IMG/VR virus record: IMGVR_UViG_3300028364_000046
Location: 1 to 52,374 of that record
Length of the DNA: 52,374 nt
From: a virus
Lineage: Duplodnaviria > Caudoviricetes
Reading direction: 5' to 3' (one strand)
Shown here one piece after another: positions 1 to 9,660 of this stretch; position 1 is the stretch's first letter, and each line of letters starts with the position of its first letter. The position numbers and the translations under genes were made by a program. The notes under the pieces are model-generated. The model saw only the letters and a list, made by a program, of their open reading frames with translations, searched no databases and was not told the DNA's origin.

Positions 1-271
1 ATAAAGATGGGCCAGGGTGTGATTATTGCCTTTGAGCCGTTCATTGCAATGGTTTCGCAAGTTGCCGGTTTGTTGTCTAAAGCTAGCCCAGAAATGCTAC
101 AGTTTGCTGGTGCGTTAACGGCCGTAGTTGGCGTTACACTCACGCTAAACGGTGCTGTGCTAATTATGATTGCGCAGTACGGTAGTGTGGTAAAGACTGT
201 AACCACTCTTTCAGGTATTATTACAGGCACTCTTATTCCTGCTATGACAGCGCTACTGGTGTCCACTAAGA
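1..271. repeat. Terminal direct repeat (circular overlap), copy 1
   Basis: Bases 1-271 match 52104-52374 with 9 substitutions counted by eye. Confidence 0.95.
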
Positions 272-2358
272 AGTATGTGGCAACACTTTCGTTGGCTAAC
301 ATTGGGCTGACTGGGATGATGACCAAAGCCGCTCTGGCCGCTGCACCTATTGTTGCTCTGGGTGGTGCTTTTATTGCCTTGAATAAGCATGTGGACAATA
401 TGAGCACGGAGATGGAAAACATTGAGATGCAGGGCCTACTCCAGCAAACTGACCAGCTGGCCCAGAAAGCTGCCACCCTGGGTATACGCATAAGTGAGAC
501 TGGTGAAGCTATTCCTGAAGAAGAATTCAACAAGTGGATTAGCCTACTTAAGCAAGCCGACGAAGGCAACGGCACACTTACAGGCATAATTGGAGCACTC
601 GAGAAAAAGCAAGCGTCTGCTAAGGGTAGTACAACAGAACTTTCAAGTGCTGTAGAAGAGTCTGGAGACGCTGCGGATGAGGCAGCAAAGGCATACGACG
701 AATATGCCAAGTCTGTGGAGTCAGCGGTGAGCCGCCTAGATGCTCAGAAGGCAAATTCACAGGCAAACGTTTCAGGTGGCTCTGAGGCTGCACAGGCAAG
801 AAAACGGCTAGTCATTGAAGAGGAAACCACTGCAAAGCAAGTGGCGCTACTTGAAAACCTCAAAAACCAAAGTGCAACAACTGCTGAAGAACGCTTGAAT
901 ATTGAGGTAAAAATCCAAACAAAGATGGTTGCCTCAAACAAAGTGCGTATAGACACGCAGAAGCAACTAGAAGAGTCTTACAACGGCTTTTTGAGGAACA
1001 AACTAGAGGAATCTAAAGCCAACCTAGAAGCCTCCCTAACGCAGTCTGGTAAGTCTGTTGAAGAGTCTTATGAACAACGCAAAGGAATACTTATTGACGC
1101 TTACGAGCTTGAGAAAAGCTTGCTTGATAGTGCCTTTAATAAAACTGCCGCAAACTCTGCTGAGCGCCAGGCAATTTCAACCCAACTTGCGCAACTAGAA
1201 GCGGGCCACATTTCAGACTTGCAAGCACTTGAAACGCAAGCTCATGACGAAAGAATGAACAACTTGCAGATGCTTAATGTTGCAAAAGTGAGTTATCATC
1301 AAGCGGAAATGGAACGAACTGAAAACCGCAAGCTAGCCTTGGACAACGAGACAGCTTCACTGGATGCCCAGAGTTCAATCCTAAGTAGAATTGGCGCTGC
1401 CCTAGGTGACCAGAACGGCAGCCTTGATCAACGCCAAAGTTTGCTTGAGTTGGCCAATGAAATCACGGGTGAGACGCTTACTATTGACCAGGCAGCAGGT
1501 GCAATTGCTAACATCCAAGCAAGCATTGAAAAACGCAAGCTGGACCTGAAGATACAGCAACTGAAAATAGACAAAGAACAACTGAACATAGCCAACCAAA
1601 TCAAACAGCTTGAAATACAAGGACAACGCGAGCAAATAGCTGGAAAGCTTGAGGGAGGTGGTCTGAGTCAAGCAGAGAGGAACAGCTTAGCTAGGCAAGA
1701 CCAGTCGTTGGCTACTCAGAGTGGGCTTCAAAATCAGGCCACTGACTTGCGTAATTCAGGAATAGACCGAGCTATCAATACAGCGCAACTAGAACAACAG
1801 CTTCAAGAGATACTCTCAAGAGCTGTTGGTCAAAGTGTTGAGGACCTTGAGAGGCAAGCTGTAGAGAGAGCCAAACAGGATGGCAGAACGGGCGGCGCTG
1901 CAGGTGGATTTGAACAAGCCAGAACAGATGGACAACTGTCTGCTGAAGAGTACGACAAAATCTCTAAAAGCCAGACGCAGGCTGCAAACGAACAGCGCAA
2001 GGAAGTTGCAAAGAGGCAAGAAGAAGCCACCCGAGAAAACACTCGTAAGCAAGACGAAAGCCGTGCTGGACAACAAGCATCTAGTGGTAGGCAAGATTTG
2101 TCCAACCAAAATCAACTAAGTACTCTGAGTGGTGTGGCTACAAACACTGAGGGTACGCATTCAAGCTTGAAGAACGTTAGCGGGTTTGTTTCTCAGGTGG
2201 CAAATAGCATGCCTGTGGTGGTAGATAGGCTAACTGCAATAAGCTCTACGGCGTCTGTGATTAGCAGGCAGGTGGACTTTGTTCAACGGCAGCTTAATGC
2301 CCTGCCTGAAGCGATTGCGGCCAGAATGCCTAGGCCTAGGCCACCAAGCAAAAACTAG
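7..2358 (+). CDS. Tail tape measure protein, C-terminal part (continues from 51102 across the circular join; ~1119 aa in total)
   Basis: Hydrophobic Ala/Gly/Leu segment followed by a long coiled coil. ATG at 7 corresponds to ATG at 52110, which is in frame with GTG at 51102. Confidence 0.85.
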   Translation: MGQGVIIAFEPFIAMVSQVAGLLSKASPEMLQFAGALTAVVGVTLTLNGAVLIMIAQYGSVVKTVTTLSGIITGTLIPAMTALLVSTKKYVATLSLANIGLTGMMTKAALAAAPIVALGGAFIALNKHVDNMSTEMENIEMQGLLQQTDQLAQKAATLGIRISETGEAIPEEEFNKWISLLKQADEGNGTLTGIIGALEKKQASAKGSTTELSSAVEESGDAADEAAKAYDEYAKSVESAVSRLDAQKANSQANVSGGSEAAQARKRLVIEEETTAKQVALLENLKNQSATTAEERLNIEVKIQTKMVASNKVRIDTQKQLEESYNGFLRNKLEESKANLEASLTQSGKSVEESYEQRKGILIDAYELEKSLLDSAFNKTAANSAERQAISTQLAQLEAGHISDLQALETQAHDERMNNLQMLNVAKVSYHQAEMERTENRKLALDNETASLDAQSSILSRIGAALGDQNGSLDQRQSLLELANEITGETLTIDQAAGAIANIQASIEKRKLDLKIQQLKIDKEQLNIANQIKQLEIQGQREQIAGKLEGGGLSQAERNSLARQDQSLATQSGLQNQATDLRNSGIDRAINTAQLEQQLQEILSRAVGQSVEDLERQAVERAKQDGRTGGAAGGFEQARTDGQLSAEEYDKISKSQTQAANEQRKEVAKRQEEATRENTRKQDESRAGQQASSGRQDLSNQNQLSTLSGVATNTEGTHSSLKNVSGFVSQVANSMPVVVDRLTAISSTASVISRQVDFVQRQLNALPEAIAARMPRPRPPSKN

Positions 2359-2415
2359 GGTGTCCTAGGCCACTCAAAGCACACTTACTAACAACCTAAG
2401 CGAGACAACAAAAGG

Positions 2416-2934
2416 ATGGCAGACCTAAGTATAGTACTAGACCCAGGAGGTGTTCCAGGTGGGAGGCCGGGAATTAATTTGCCCGTGTACCCAAGTGGTC
2501 AAGAGCCCATTAGGTGGTCTAGTCTGGGGCCAGATATACAGCGCTTGTCAAACGCAAACTTGTCTGCAGGTGGTTTCTCGGAGCTTATGGAGTTTGGCTG
2601 GACTGCAACACTTGAGGAAGCAGACTATAACAAACTTAAGGCTCTTATTGTAGCAATACAGCAAACCAAAAGCCAGTTGAAGCAATGGGAGGTTGTTATA
2701 TATAACCTAACGGAGCCTTTTGTTGAACTCAGCCTGGCACGCAGTCGCTTTAGAGTGCCTGGAACCACCATAGACACTATAGACATGGGTAATGGGTGGT
2801 TGCAATACAGCTACTACCTAGCGCTTCAAGGGAGTTTGTCTATTACTCCTAGGCGTGTCGGTGCTTACTACGTGTGTGACTTTGAGTTTGTTGAAGGTTT
2901 GAAGCTTACTAAGGAAATTGAAGACTCACTTTAA
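2416..2934 (+). CDS. Putative distal tail protein
   Basis: 172-aa ORF directly after the tape measure gene; the call is positional. Confidence 0.5.
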   Translation: MADLSIVLDPGGVPGGRPGINLPVYPSGQEPIRWSSLGPDIQRLSNANLSAGGFSELMEFGWTATLEEADYNKLKALIVAIQQTKSQLKQWEVVIYNLTEPFVELSLARSRFRVPGTTIDTIDMGNGWLQYSYYLALQGSLSITPRRVGAYYVCDFEFVEGLKLTKEIEDSL

Positions 2935-2948
2935 GGGTATTTAGCTAG

Positions 2949-4043
2949 ATGAAAAGGACGATAAAAGTAACCAACAAAATGCCTCCAGGTTGGCCTAAGA
3001 CTGCACCTAGTGGCCAGGCAGTTATGCTTAACTATGTGGTTGGGCAGGACAACTTGACGGGGAAGACTATTTCCTCTGATGGTAGTCAGGGTTTGACAAA
3101 GGGCTTAACTGATGGCCAACCTCGAGTGCTTCAGTCTGTTGTTGTTAGTCGTTCTAAGGCTTCTGGTAATGGGCGAAGGGTAAGCATGAAAAGCTCTTCG
3201 CGTAAAACTGTAACAATCTCTACAAGCACTGTGCTTACACAAGGAGCCATAGGGCAACCTGAGGTGGATTTATGCAAGTCTAACAGCTTTACAAATAGAC
3301 CACCACCAGAAGACCCGGAAGACCCTGAGCCACCCCCTCCGCCTGTGCCACCTGGTCCTAATGCTCCAGAGCCTCCTGAGACACCTGACCCACCCCCGGA
3401 AACACCTGAAGGGTGCTCTACAGAATCGGATTGTCAATGGTACAATTCAGGCGATGGTGAAGACACTAGCTGTCCTGCGGGAACTACTTACAAAGGATTT
3501 GCGCAACTCAACAGTGGCTTTAAGGTACTTTGTTGCGGGCCAGACAGGCCTGTGGGTGACGGCTGTCCAGAAGACCCTAGCACCTACGGATACCAATGCG
3601 TAAACGGCACTTGTGAAGTTGTTCCAAACGGTCTTTACAGTACACGCGCAGAATGCGAAAGTGCTGGGTGCGGGCAAGATACACCTGAATTACCAGACCC
3701 TGACCCTAGGTATTCGTGCTTGAATGGCAGCTGTGTGGAAAACTCTAAAGGTGAGTTTGAAAGCTTGTCCGCGTGTGAGTCTGGGTGCACGGGAGGTTCT
3801 GAGCCTGAAGAGCCATTTGACTATGGGCCATATGGCATGGTACGCATATTCTGGAAAAACCGTTTTGGGCGTGCTGCAACTCCTCCTGAGGGGAGATGCG
3901 TAAGAGGCTATAGAGTAGATTCTGATGGGCTTTATATACGGGCCACTAACGGCATTTGGGGTGAGCTTAGGCCTTCAACACCAGCTGTAAATACATATCA
4001 ACAAGGCTCATTAAGAGTAATGAGTGTGGGTACCTGTACCTAG
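2949..4043 (+). CDS. Pro/Cys-rich minor tail protein
   Basis: PE/PP linker and two repeats of YxCxNGxC...G.(Y/F).(T/S)..xCES.C; located in the tail module. Confidence 0.6.
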   Translation: MKRTIKVTNKMPPGWPKTAPSGQAVMLNYVVGQDNLTGKTISSDGSQGLTKGLTDGQPRVLQSVVVSRSKASGNGRRVSMKSSSRKTVTISTSTVLTQGAIGQPEVDLCKSNSFTNRPPPEDPEDPEPPPPPVPPGPNAPEPPETPDPPPETPEGCSTESDCQWYNSGDGEDTSCPAGTTYKGFAQLNSGFKVLCCGPDRPVGDGCPEDPSTYGYQCVNGTCEVVPNGLYSTRAECESAGCGQDTPELPDPDPRYSCLNGSCVENSKGEFESLSACESGCTGGSEPEEPFDYGPYGMVRIFWKNRFGRAATPPEGRCVRGYRVDSDGLYIRATNGIWGELRPSTPAVNTYQQGSLRVMSVGTCT

Positions 4044-4083
4044 TAGTGCCACTTTCAAGTAAATTTTATTGGGTTCAAAAGAA

Positions 4084-5430
4084 ATGTCTTTGAGTTATCG
4101 ATCGACGCAGGTAATGGCCCCTAGTTTGGCTCCTACCACTTCTGCTGCGGGAACCACTTATGATGTTGTTACACGCAGACTAAATTTGGATGGCCAACCG
4201 TCGTCCTTTAGCCCAGTGCAGGAAAGCAATCTACCTGCAACTATTACGCCTCAATTTTACTTACTTACAGCAGACTATTCAGCAGACCAGGTGTTGGTAT
4301 CAAGCAATTCAGGTATCACTTGGAGAATAGTTCCCGGTCAAACAAAGGGTGCGCAAGTTGTTCCCGCGTTTGACACAAGTTGGGTTGAGGCCACCAACAT
4401 AGACACCCAAGACTCCGTAACTACGGGTATAAACTTTGGTTCTTTTGGAGCTCTCACAAGTCCCACTAAAAGCTTCTTTATCGTAAACACGGGCAACCCT
4501 GTCCAGAGCCTTACATATTCGTTCATTAATCAGGTTACCAACCAGGTTGCGTCTGAATATTCGGGCCTGATTCAGATTGCTATAGATGGGGTTTTTAGCG
4601 CTTCTGGAAACCTTCCAAGTACAATCTATAACAACCTTTTGCTGTGGTCTAATGCCTCCGGAAGTCTAAACACACAAAGGCTTTTGTTGGCTTCTGGACA
4701 GTTTGTTAAGTTGACTGTTAGCTTTGTTAATTTTCCTATTGGTGGAATCAATTCACAGGAGTTAAACCTGAGTTTTCAGGCCGTTGCCAACCAGACAACA
4801 ATTGCACTAGGGTTAGCCAATAGTTGGCCAGATAATACACTTGAAATAGACTACCAGTCTTGGACTCCAGATATACTTGTAGGTAATTCTGCGGGCTCGA
4901 TTATTGTTAAGCCATTTTTAGCACGCGTGAGTGGTGTACTTGTGGTTAACTATTTTAACAGGACAATAAGCCTAGGTGGTAACTCAGTTGAAAGGTGGAT
5001 ATTTGTTAATAGTCTAGGTGTTATAAAAGCGGCCACCTCACTTGCTGATGCAAACGCGGGTGGACTGGTGTTGGGTAGGGTAGAATCACAGGAAAGCTCT
5101 ACGCTGGCTGGGTTGGATTACCTGTATTCTGTTAAGCCCCAGGTGTGGTTAAAGCAGCCTGGTAGCCTGGCCGTGGGGTTATTTGCAGCAATTGCCACAG
5201 GTGACCTGGAGGTAGCCGTAACAGTGCTTGCGGCCGCTGGAGTGACGTTTGGGAATGGCTTGCTTGCGGTTTCTGGGCTGGCTTGGGTGGTTGCTGGTGA
5301 GGAGCTAAGTAAGGGTGACCTGATAGCACCTGGCACTGGCGGTAAGGCTTTTGTTGCAAGCGGCACAAAGTCAGGTGTCTGCCTGCTAGGTGCCGCGATT
5401 GACAAACCTGCGTTGATTACACTCACATAG
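4084..5430 (+). CDS. Structural/tail protein with a C-terminal capsid-cement (DUF2190)-like beta domain
   Basis: Ser/Thr/Gly-rich, beta-type composition. The C-terminus GLAWVVAGEELSKGDLIAPGTGGKA resembles the cement-protein motif. ATG 4084 is preferred over TTG 4069. Confidence 0.55.
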   Translation: MSLSYRSTQVMAPSLAPTTSAAGTTYDVVTRRLNLDGQPSSFSPVQESNLPATITPQFYLLTADYSADQVLVSSNSGITWRIVPGQTKGAQVVPAFDTSWVEATNIDTQDSVTTGINFGSFGALTSPTKSFFIVNTGNPVQSLTYSFINQVTNQVASEYSGLIQIAIDGVFSASGNLPSTIYNNLLLWSNASGSLNTQRLLLASGQFVKLTVSFVNFPIGGINSQELNLSFQAVANQTTIALGLANSWPDNTLEIDYQSWTPDILVGNSAGSIIVKPFLARVSGVLVVNYFNRTISLGGNSVERWIFVNSLGVIKAATSLADANAGGLVLGRVESQESSTLAGLDYLYSVKPQVWLKQPGSLAVGLFAAIATGDLEVAVTVLAAAGVTFGNGLLAVSGLAWVVAGEELSKGDLIAPGTGGKAFVASGTKSGVCLLGAAIDKPALITLT

Positions 5431-5520
5431 GGCGTCCTGTGGGGCTGTTTAAGGCCTGCTGAGTTGGTTAGATTGGGTAACCTAAGTAAACCAACTCAGC
5501 AAGCCTCTATGGGCGCCACA
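5431..5520. repeat. Dispersed inverted-repeat element (AGGCYTGCT-N37-AGCAAGCCT)
   Basis: Arms aggcctgctgagttggtt / aaccaactcagcaagcct. Confidence 0.85.
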
Positions 5521-5581
5521 AGTATGCCCTAGGCCTCTGGTTGGCATCTCCTAGTTGCACTTAAAGGTTATGGTGATAAAA

Positions 5582-5935
5582 ATGGCTGCTAAGAAAGTTT
5601 CAATAAGCTTGCCTGAGGATACTCTGGAGCAGATTATTTCGTACGCAAAAACAAAGGGCATTTCTGTTGTTTCAGAAGCTGTTCTAGATTTGATTAGGCT
5701 AGGTCTGGCTTACCCTGCAGAAGCCCGTAGGTACAACTTGAACGACTTCTTTGAGTACGCTGGGAAGGAGTATAGAGACGCTGATAATGCACGAATTGAA
5801 TTTACTAAGCATGTGGAATTTGGTGTAGAGTCTTGGCAAGTTGTTGTTACTGAGAATGGCCAAGAGCTGTTCAGTCAGAAGCTAGGTAGGGAAGAAGGAA
5901 GTGATACCAAGCTGCTGTGGGGCAGCTACAAGTAA
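5582..5935 (+). CDS. Ribbon-helix-helix (CopG-like) DNA-binding protein
   Basis: N-terminus KKVSISLPEDTLEQIISYAKTKGISVVSEAVLDLIRLGL fits the RHH pattern; ATG at 5582. Confidence 0.7.
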   Translation: MAAKKVSISLPEDTLEQIISYAKTKGISVVSEAVLDLIRLGLAYPAEARRYNLNDFFEYAGKEYRDADNARIEFTKHVEFGVESWQVVVTENGQELFSQKLGREEGSDTKLLWGSYK

Positions 5936-5937
5936 GC

Positions 5938-6026
5938 CCAGGAGCCGACAAAGGCTTGCTAGCCTAGCAAATAGGGGTTACTATAGGGTAGCCGCCCAGC
6001 AAGCCTCTATCGGCCTCCAGGAGCTG
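5938..6026. repeat. Dispersed inverted-repeat element
   Basis: aggcttgct (5952) - N37 - agcaagcct (5998); the core is shared with the copies at 6652 and 6785. Confidence 0.85.
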
Positions 6027-6098
6027 CCTAAAAGCCAGTCCGCGTGCACCGGTGTGCTTGCACCCTATACATGAGCGTACGTTCATATACATAGGCAA

Positions 6099-6134
6099 TA
6101 AAAAGCCCACCTAGGTTGCTCTAGGTGGGCTTTC
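6099..6134. terminator. Bidirectional intrinsic terminator
   Basis: aaaaagcccacctag-gttgct-ctaggtgggcttt between convergent genes. Confidence 0.75.
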
Positions 6135-6144
6135 TAGTCTGCAC

Positions 6145-6429
6145 TTAGTCAACCATGTTTTCTATGCAGCCCTCACTGAATATCTCGGCGATTGTTACAA
6201 GTTCAGCCTTGGCTTCTTTGAGAGTCTTGAATTCTGTCTGGTCAAAATCGTAATCGGAGTGCTGTTCTCCGGATATGCACCATACACTTGGGCCCTCGTT
6301 AACAATGTAGAATTCGTAAGGGCGCTGAACTGAAGTGCTTCCCCACCAGTTTGCGGAAACTGTATAACACCCTGCGGATGTTCTCTTGACTGAAGTAGCT
6401 GGAATAAAAGTAACGTTTGTCATGCCCAT
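6145..6429 (-). CDS. Early hypothetical protein, family B (W.I...F.TL.EA motif)
   Basis: Paralogous to 12036-12257 and 13846-14067. Start placed at ATG 6429/6423, just downstream of the conserved promoter. Confidence 0.75.
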   Translation of the reverse strand: MGMTNVTFIPATSVKRTSAGCYTVSANWWGSTSVQRPYEFYIVNEGPSVWCISGEQHSDYDFDQTEFKTLKEAKAELVTIAEIFSEGCIENMVD

Positions 6430-6512
6430 TGTTTTGTCCGGTGTGTTTGATATTCCTAATATGACCTGTACCCCAGGGAATGTAATTAGTAAATACACTT
6501 AACTTTGAATTT
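6430..6512 (-). promoter_or_regulatory. Conserved early promoter/leader cassette 1
   Basis: Minus strand AAGTTAAGTGTATTTACT...GGTCATATTAGG; the same block precedes the other leftward genes. Confidence 0.8.
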
Positions 6513-6651
6513 AGGCCCCTTACACGCGTGCATGCATATGTGAGGGCGTGCATATGCGAGGGCGTGCTTGAGGGCAGGCATGCATACGTGAGGGCGTGCT
6601 TGTGGGTGGACTGGGGGATCAGCAGGAGGCATACGGTGGAAGGCTTTCAGG

Positions 6652-6878
6652 TGGCTCCTGGACGGCCATAGAGGCTTGCTGGTTGGCCAGCCTATAGTAA
6701 CCCCTATTTGCTAGGCTGGCAAGCCTCTATGGCCGTCCAGGAGCCAGGGAGGCTTGCTGGGATAGGCTAGGGCAGGCTTTCAGGTGGCTCCTGGAGGCCG
6801 ATAGAGGCTTGCTGGTTGGCAAATAGGGGTTACTATAGGCTGGCCAACCAGCAAGCCTCTATGGCCGTCCAGGAGCTG
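6652..6878. repeat. Two tandem inverted-repeat elements with cores in opposite orientation
   Basis: The first has perfect 27-bp arms ggctcctggacggccatagaggcttgc. Its core cctatagtaacccctatttgc appears as the reverse complement in the second copy. Confidence 0.9.
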
Positions 6879-7041
6879 CTGAGGCAGGCCTATGCATGTG
6901 GGTCCGTGGACCTGCTGGATGGTAGTCGAGTATGAGCGTATGTTCATATGTCTAGGCAAAATAAAGCCCACCCAGATTTCTCCAGGCGGGCAGGGATTAT
7001 TTAGGCGGGCCCAGATTTCTCCAGGCGGGCAGGGCCAGGGG

Positions 7042-7992
7042 TTAGTTGGCTAGGTAGGCTTGGATGCATTCTCTGCCTGTCTCAGCGGCCACCTGGTAGG
7101 CTGTGGCTGCTTGCTTGTATACTTGGGGATTGGTTAGCAACCAGTCGGCTATCATGATGGCTGGGGAGAATACTTGGCCGGGCTTAGTCTCGGCTAGGAT
7201 GTACTTGAATCGGCTGGCGGACTGGATGGTCAGGGGCTGCCTAGGTAACTTTCTTGAAGCCAGGACTACAAGCTGATTGAATACTTTTTCGCCGATGTTG
7301 ATTGAGTGAACTTCTTCAATCATATTTCTGATTGCCTGGCGGTTGATTACCTGGCGCCCTGGGTCTGAGCAAGTTTCGGACGTCACACTTATCAGGCTTT
7401 CTAATAGCTCTCTTTGCTCAGCACTTAGGGTGTGCAACTCCTCATATACTTTCTTGGGTGCTTTTGCCTTAGGTGTTTTCTTAGGCGTCTTTGTAGTGGC
7501 CTCAGGCGTGGCCTCAGGTGTAGCCTCAGGTGTAGCCTCAGGTGTCTCAGGTGTGGCCTCAGGTGTCTCAGGTGTGGCCTCAGGTGTCTCAACAGCAGGC
7601 TCAGGTGTGGCCTCAGGTGTCTCAACAGCAGGCTCAGGTGTGGCCTCAGGTGTGGGGCCGTTAATGAAGCCACGCTTGGATTCTTTTACTTTTACTTTAG
7701 GTGTCTCAGGAGTAGGCTTGGGCATTTCTACAGGCGTCTCAGGGGCAGGCTCTTGGGTAGGCTTGGGCATTTCTACAGGCGTCTCAGGGGCAGGCTCAGG
7801 AGTAGGCTCGGGCATTTCTACAGGCGTCTCAGGGGCAGGCTCAGGAGTAGGCTCAAGTGTGGCTTCAAGCATTACAACTAGTTGGGCTTTCGTTGCTTTC
7901 CAGGCGCCGGGAATTTTCATCTCCTGGGCAATGGGTCTCATCTGGGCAGCAGTCATAGTGGAGATTTGAGTAGCAGTTAGTGGGTTAGTCAT
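7042..7992 (-). CDS. Early protein with an N-terminal Rho-N-like helix-extension-helix domain and PE(A/T)TP repeats
   Basis: ISTMTAAQMRPIAQEMKIPGAWKATKAQLVVML fits the Rho-N pattern; low-complexity linker; preceded by the conserved promoter. Confidence 0.75.
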   Translation of the reverse strand: MTNPLTATQISTMTAAQMRPIAQEMKIPGAWKATKAQLVVMLEATLEPTPEPAPETPVEMPEPTPEPAPETPVEMPKPTQEPAPETPVEMPKPTPETPKVKVKESKRGFINGPTPEATPEPAVETPEATPEPAVETPEATPETPEATPETPEATPEATPEATPEATTKTPKKTPKAKAPKKVYEELHTLSAEQRELLESLISVTSETCSDPGRQVINRQAIRNMIEEVHSINIGEKVFNQLVVLASRKLPRQPLTIQSASRFKYILAETKPGQVFSPAIMIADWLLTNPQVYKQAATAYQVAAETGRECIQAYLAN

Positions 7993-8076
7993 TTAAGTTT
8001 CGGTGTGGTTTGTTTGCTTGACTCTTTTAATATGACACGTTGCTGGAGGTAATGTAACCGGTGAATATACTTAACT
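7993..8076 (-). promoter_or_regulatory. Conserved early promoter/leader cassette 2
   Basis: GTTAAGTATATTCAC...TCATATTAAAAGAGTCAAGCAAACAAACC...AAACTTAAATG. Confidence 0.85.
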
Positions 8077-8356
8077 CCCCGGGTTGGGCTCCTTATATGT
8101 ATGCATGCATGAGAGGGTGCGTGGGTAAGCATGCTGGGGATCAGCCTAAAGGTATGCCACCAAAGGCTTGCAGGCTTGCTGGGGATCAGCCTGAGGGCAT
8201 GCTTACAGGTGGGGCTAGGGCATGCATGCGAGGGTGCGTGGCTGGGCAGGCTTGTGGGCTGGCTGGAGGCTTGTTGGTGGCCTGGCTAAGGGTTTGCATA
8301 GCCAAGCCGGCCGGGGTGCCTTAAAGGCTGTCGTGAGCCCGGCTGGGCTCGCTTGG

Positions 8357-8776
8357 CTAGGATGCTAGGGCAGCTTGGTAGTGGGCAATCAATTCAGCTT
8401 TTCTCAAAAGTCTTTTGCCATCTTTCAGTGGGATGTCCAGGGCTTTTACCAACGCGGGCAATTTCAGGTCGGTTACTTTCCACGCCCCAAAATCTACAGG
8501 CACCTCTTCAAGTTGTTCTACTTTAGGTTGTTGTACTTCAGGCACCTCTTCAAGTTGTTGTTGTTGTACTTCAGGCTGGACTTCAGGTTGTTCTACTTCA
8601 GGTTGTTGTTGTTGTACTTCAGGCTGGACTTCAGGTTGTTGTTGTTGTACTTCAGGCTGGGCGAGGTCATGTGAGGCAACAAAGACAATGAACGATATTG
8701 AGACGAATAATGCACCGCCGTATAATGTGCCAGTTAGAAGAGTAGTAAGAACGTTGTCGAGAATTTGGTAAGTCAT
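8357..8776 (-). CDS. Early membrane-anchored protein with QPEV repeats and a C-terminal Rho-N/SAP-like helical domain
   Basis: N-terminal transmembrane helix, Q/P/E/V repeats, and C-terminal WKVTDLK...LRKAELIAHY. Confidence 0.75.
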   Translation of the reverse strand: MTYQILDNVLTTLLTGTLYGGALFVSISFIVFVASHDLAQPEVQQQQPEVQPEVQQQQPEVEQPEVQPEVQQQQLEEVPEVQQPKVEQLEEVPVDFGAWKVTDLKLPALVKALDIPLKDGKRLLRKAELIAHYQAALAS

Positions 8777-8856
8777 GAAGTTGTTTGTTTGTGTTTGACT
8801 CTTCTAATATGGCCTATCCTCCAGGGAATGTAACTAGTAAATACACTTAACTTTAG
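8777..8856 (-). promoter_or_regulatory. Conserved early promoter/leader cassette 3
   Basis: -10 CATATT (8806-8811), GTTACA at a 17-bp spacing, and the upstream GTTAAGTGTATTTACT box. Confidence 0.85.
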
Positions 8857-9045
8857 AAATGGCTCCTTATATGTATGCATGCATACGCGAGGGCGTGGGT
8901 AAGTGGGCTGGGGATCAGCCTAAAGGTATGCCACCAAAGGCTTCCAGGCTTGCTGGGGATCAGCTTGCAGGCTTGCTGGAGGCTGGGGATCAGCATGCGT
9001 GTGAGGGCGTGGGTAAGCGGGCGGGCTGGGCAGGCTTGTGGGCTG

Positions 9046-9123
9046 GCTGGAGGCTGATAGAGGCCTCCTAATTGGTTGGCTTGGCTTATGCCAGGCTTCT
9101 TAATTAGCAGGCCTCCGTGGGCC
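9046..9123. repeat. Dispersed inverted-repeat element
   Basis: aggcctcct-N36-agcaggcct. Confidence 0.75.
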
Positions 9124-9593
9124 TACAGGCTGATGTTAGGCACGGAGAAGCTAATCCCAAGTGCATTCACTTTTCGGTCGAATTTCATGCTAGAAGCGGC
9201 GCCCTTAACATCTTTCCAAACACTTGTAAACAACTCTTTGTTATCTTTCTTGTTTACATCGAACTGTAACGATACCCGACTAATCCGGCCGGCAGTGAGC
9301 AACGTAGGTGTATTACGCAGGCTGTAGAATTCCACACTTACGTCAGGGAGGCCTTGACTTCTTAGCTGGTGGTTAAGTGCAATCACTTGGGCAGGGTATA
9401 AGCCAATCAGGACATCTTCAAGTGTCTCATAGCTAGACTCTATGGTGGGCTCATCCATGGCGTTAAGAACTTCTTTTACATCGTCTGCAGTAACCGCCCA
9501 GAGTTCAGGCATTTGAAGCTCTTTAGCAACTTCAAGTAATTGGTATCTAGAAAGGGAATCGATTTGAGTAGCTGTGAGATTTAGGTTAGTCAT
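9123..9593 (-). CDS. Early protein family A (Rho-N-like N-terminus plus LN..L...GLP...YSLR..P domain)
   Basis: Aligns by eye with 9887-10225, 10533-11003, 11208-11693 and 21089-21433. Confidence 0.85.
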   Translation of the reverse strand: MTNLNLTATQIDSLSRYQLLEVAKELQMPELWAVTADDVKEVLNAMDEPTIESSYETLEDVLIGLYPAQVIALNHQLRSQGLPDVSVEFYSLRNTPTLLTAGRISRVSLQFDVNKKDNKELFTSVWKDVKGAASSMKFDRKVNALGISFSVPNISL

Positions 9594-9660
9594 TTAAGTT
9601 TCGGTTGGGTTGTTTGTGTTTGCCGGAAGTAAAAGCGGTGTATCTACTTAACTTTTGAAA
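9594..9660 (-). promoter_or_regulatory. Early cassette 4 (leader and upstream box kept, -10 core deleted)
   Basis: Relative to cassette 7 it lacks the actcttttagtatgacctg segment. Confidence 0.7.

Noticed and set aside
8829-8845. NtcA box in the early promoters
   Set aside because: The spacing is GTA-N9-TAC rather than N8, and it is not conserved across cassettes.
7343-9327. Plus-strand ORFs (7343-7969, 7432-7881, 8061-8324, 8415-8771, 8859-9071 and similar)
   Set aside because: They are antisense shadows of low-complexity genes or read-throughs of regulatory repeats.
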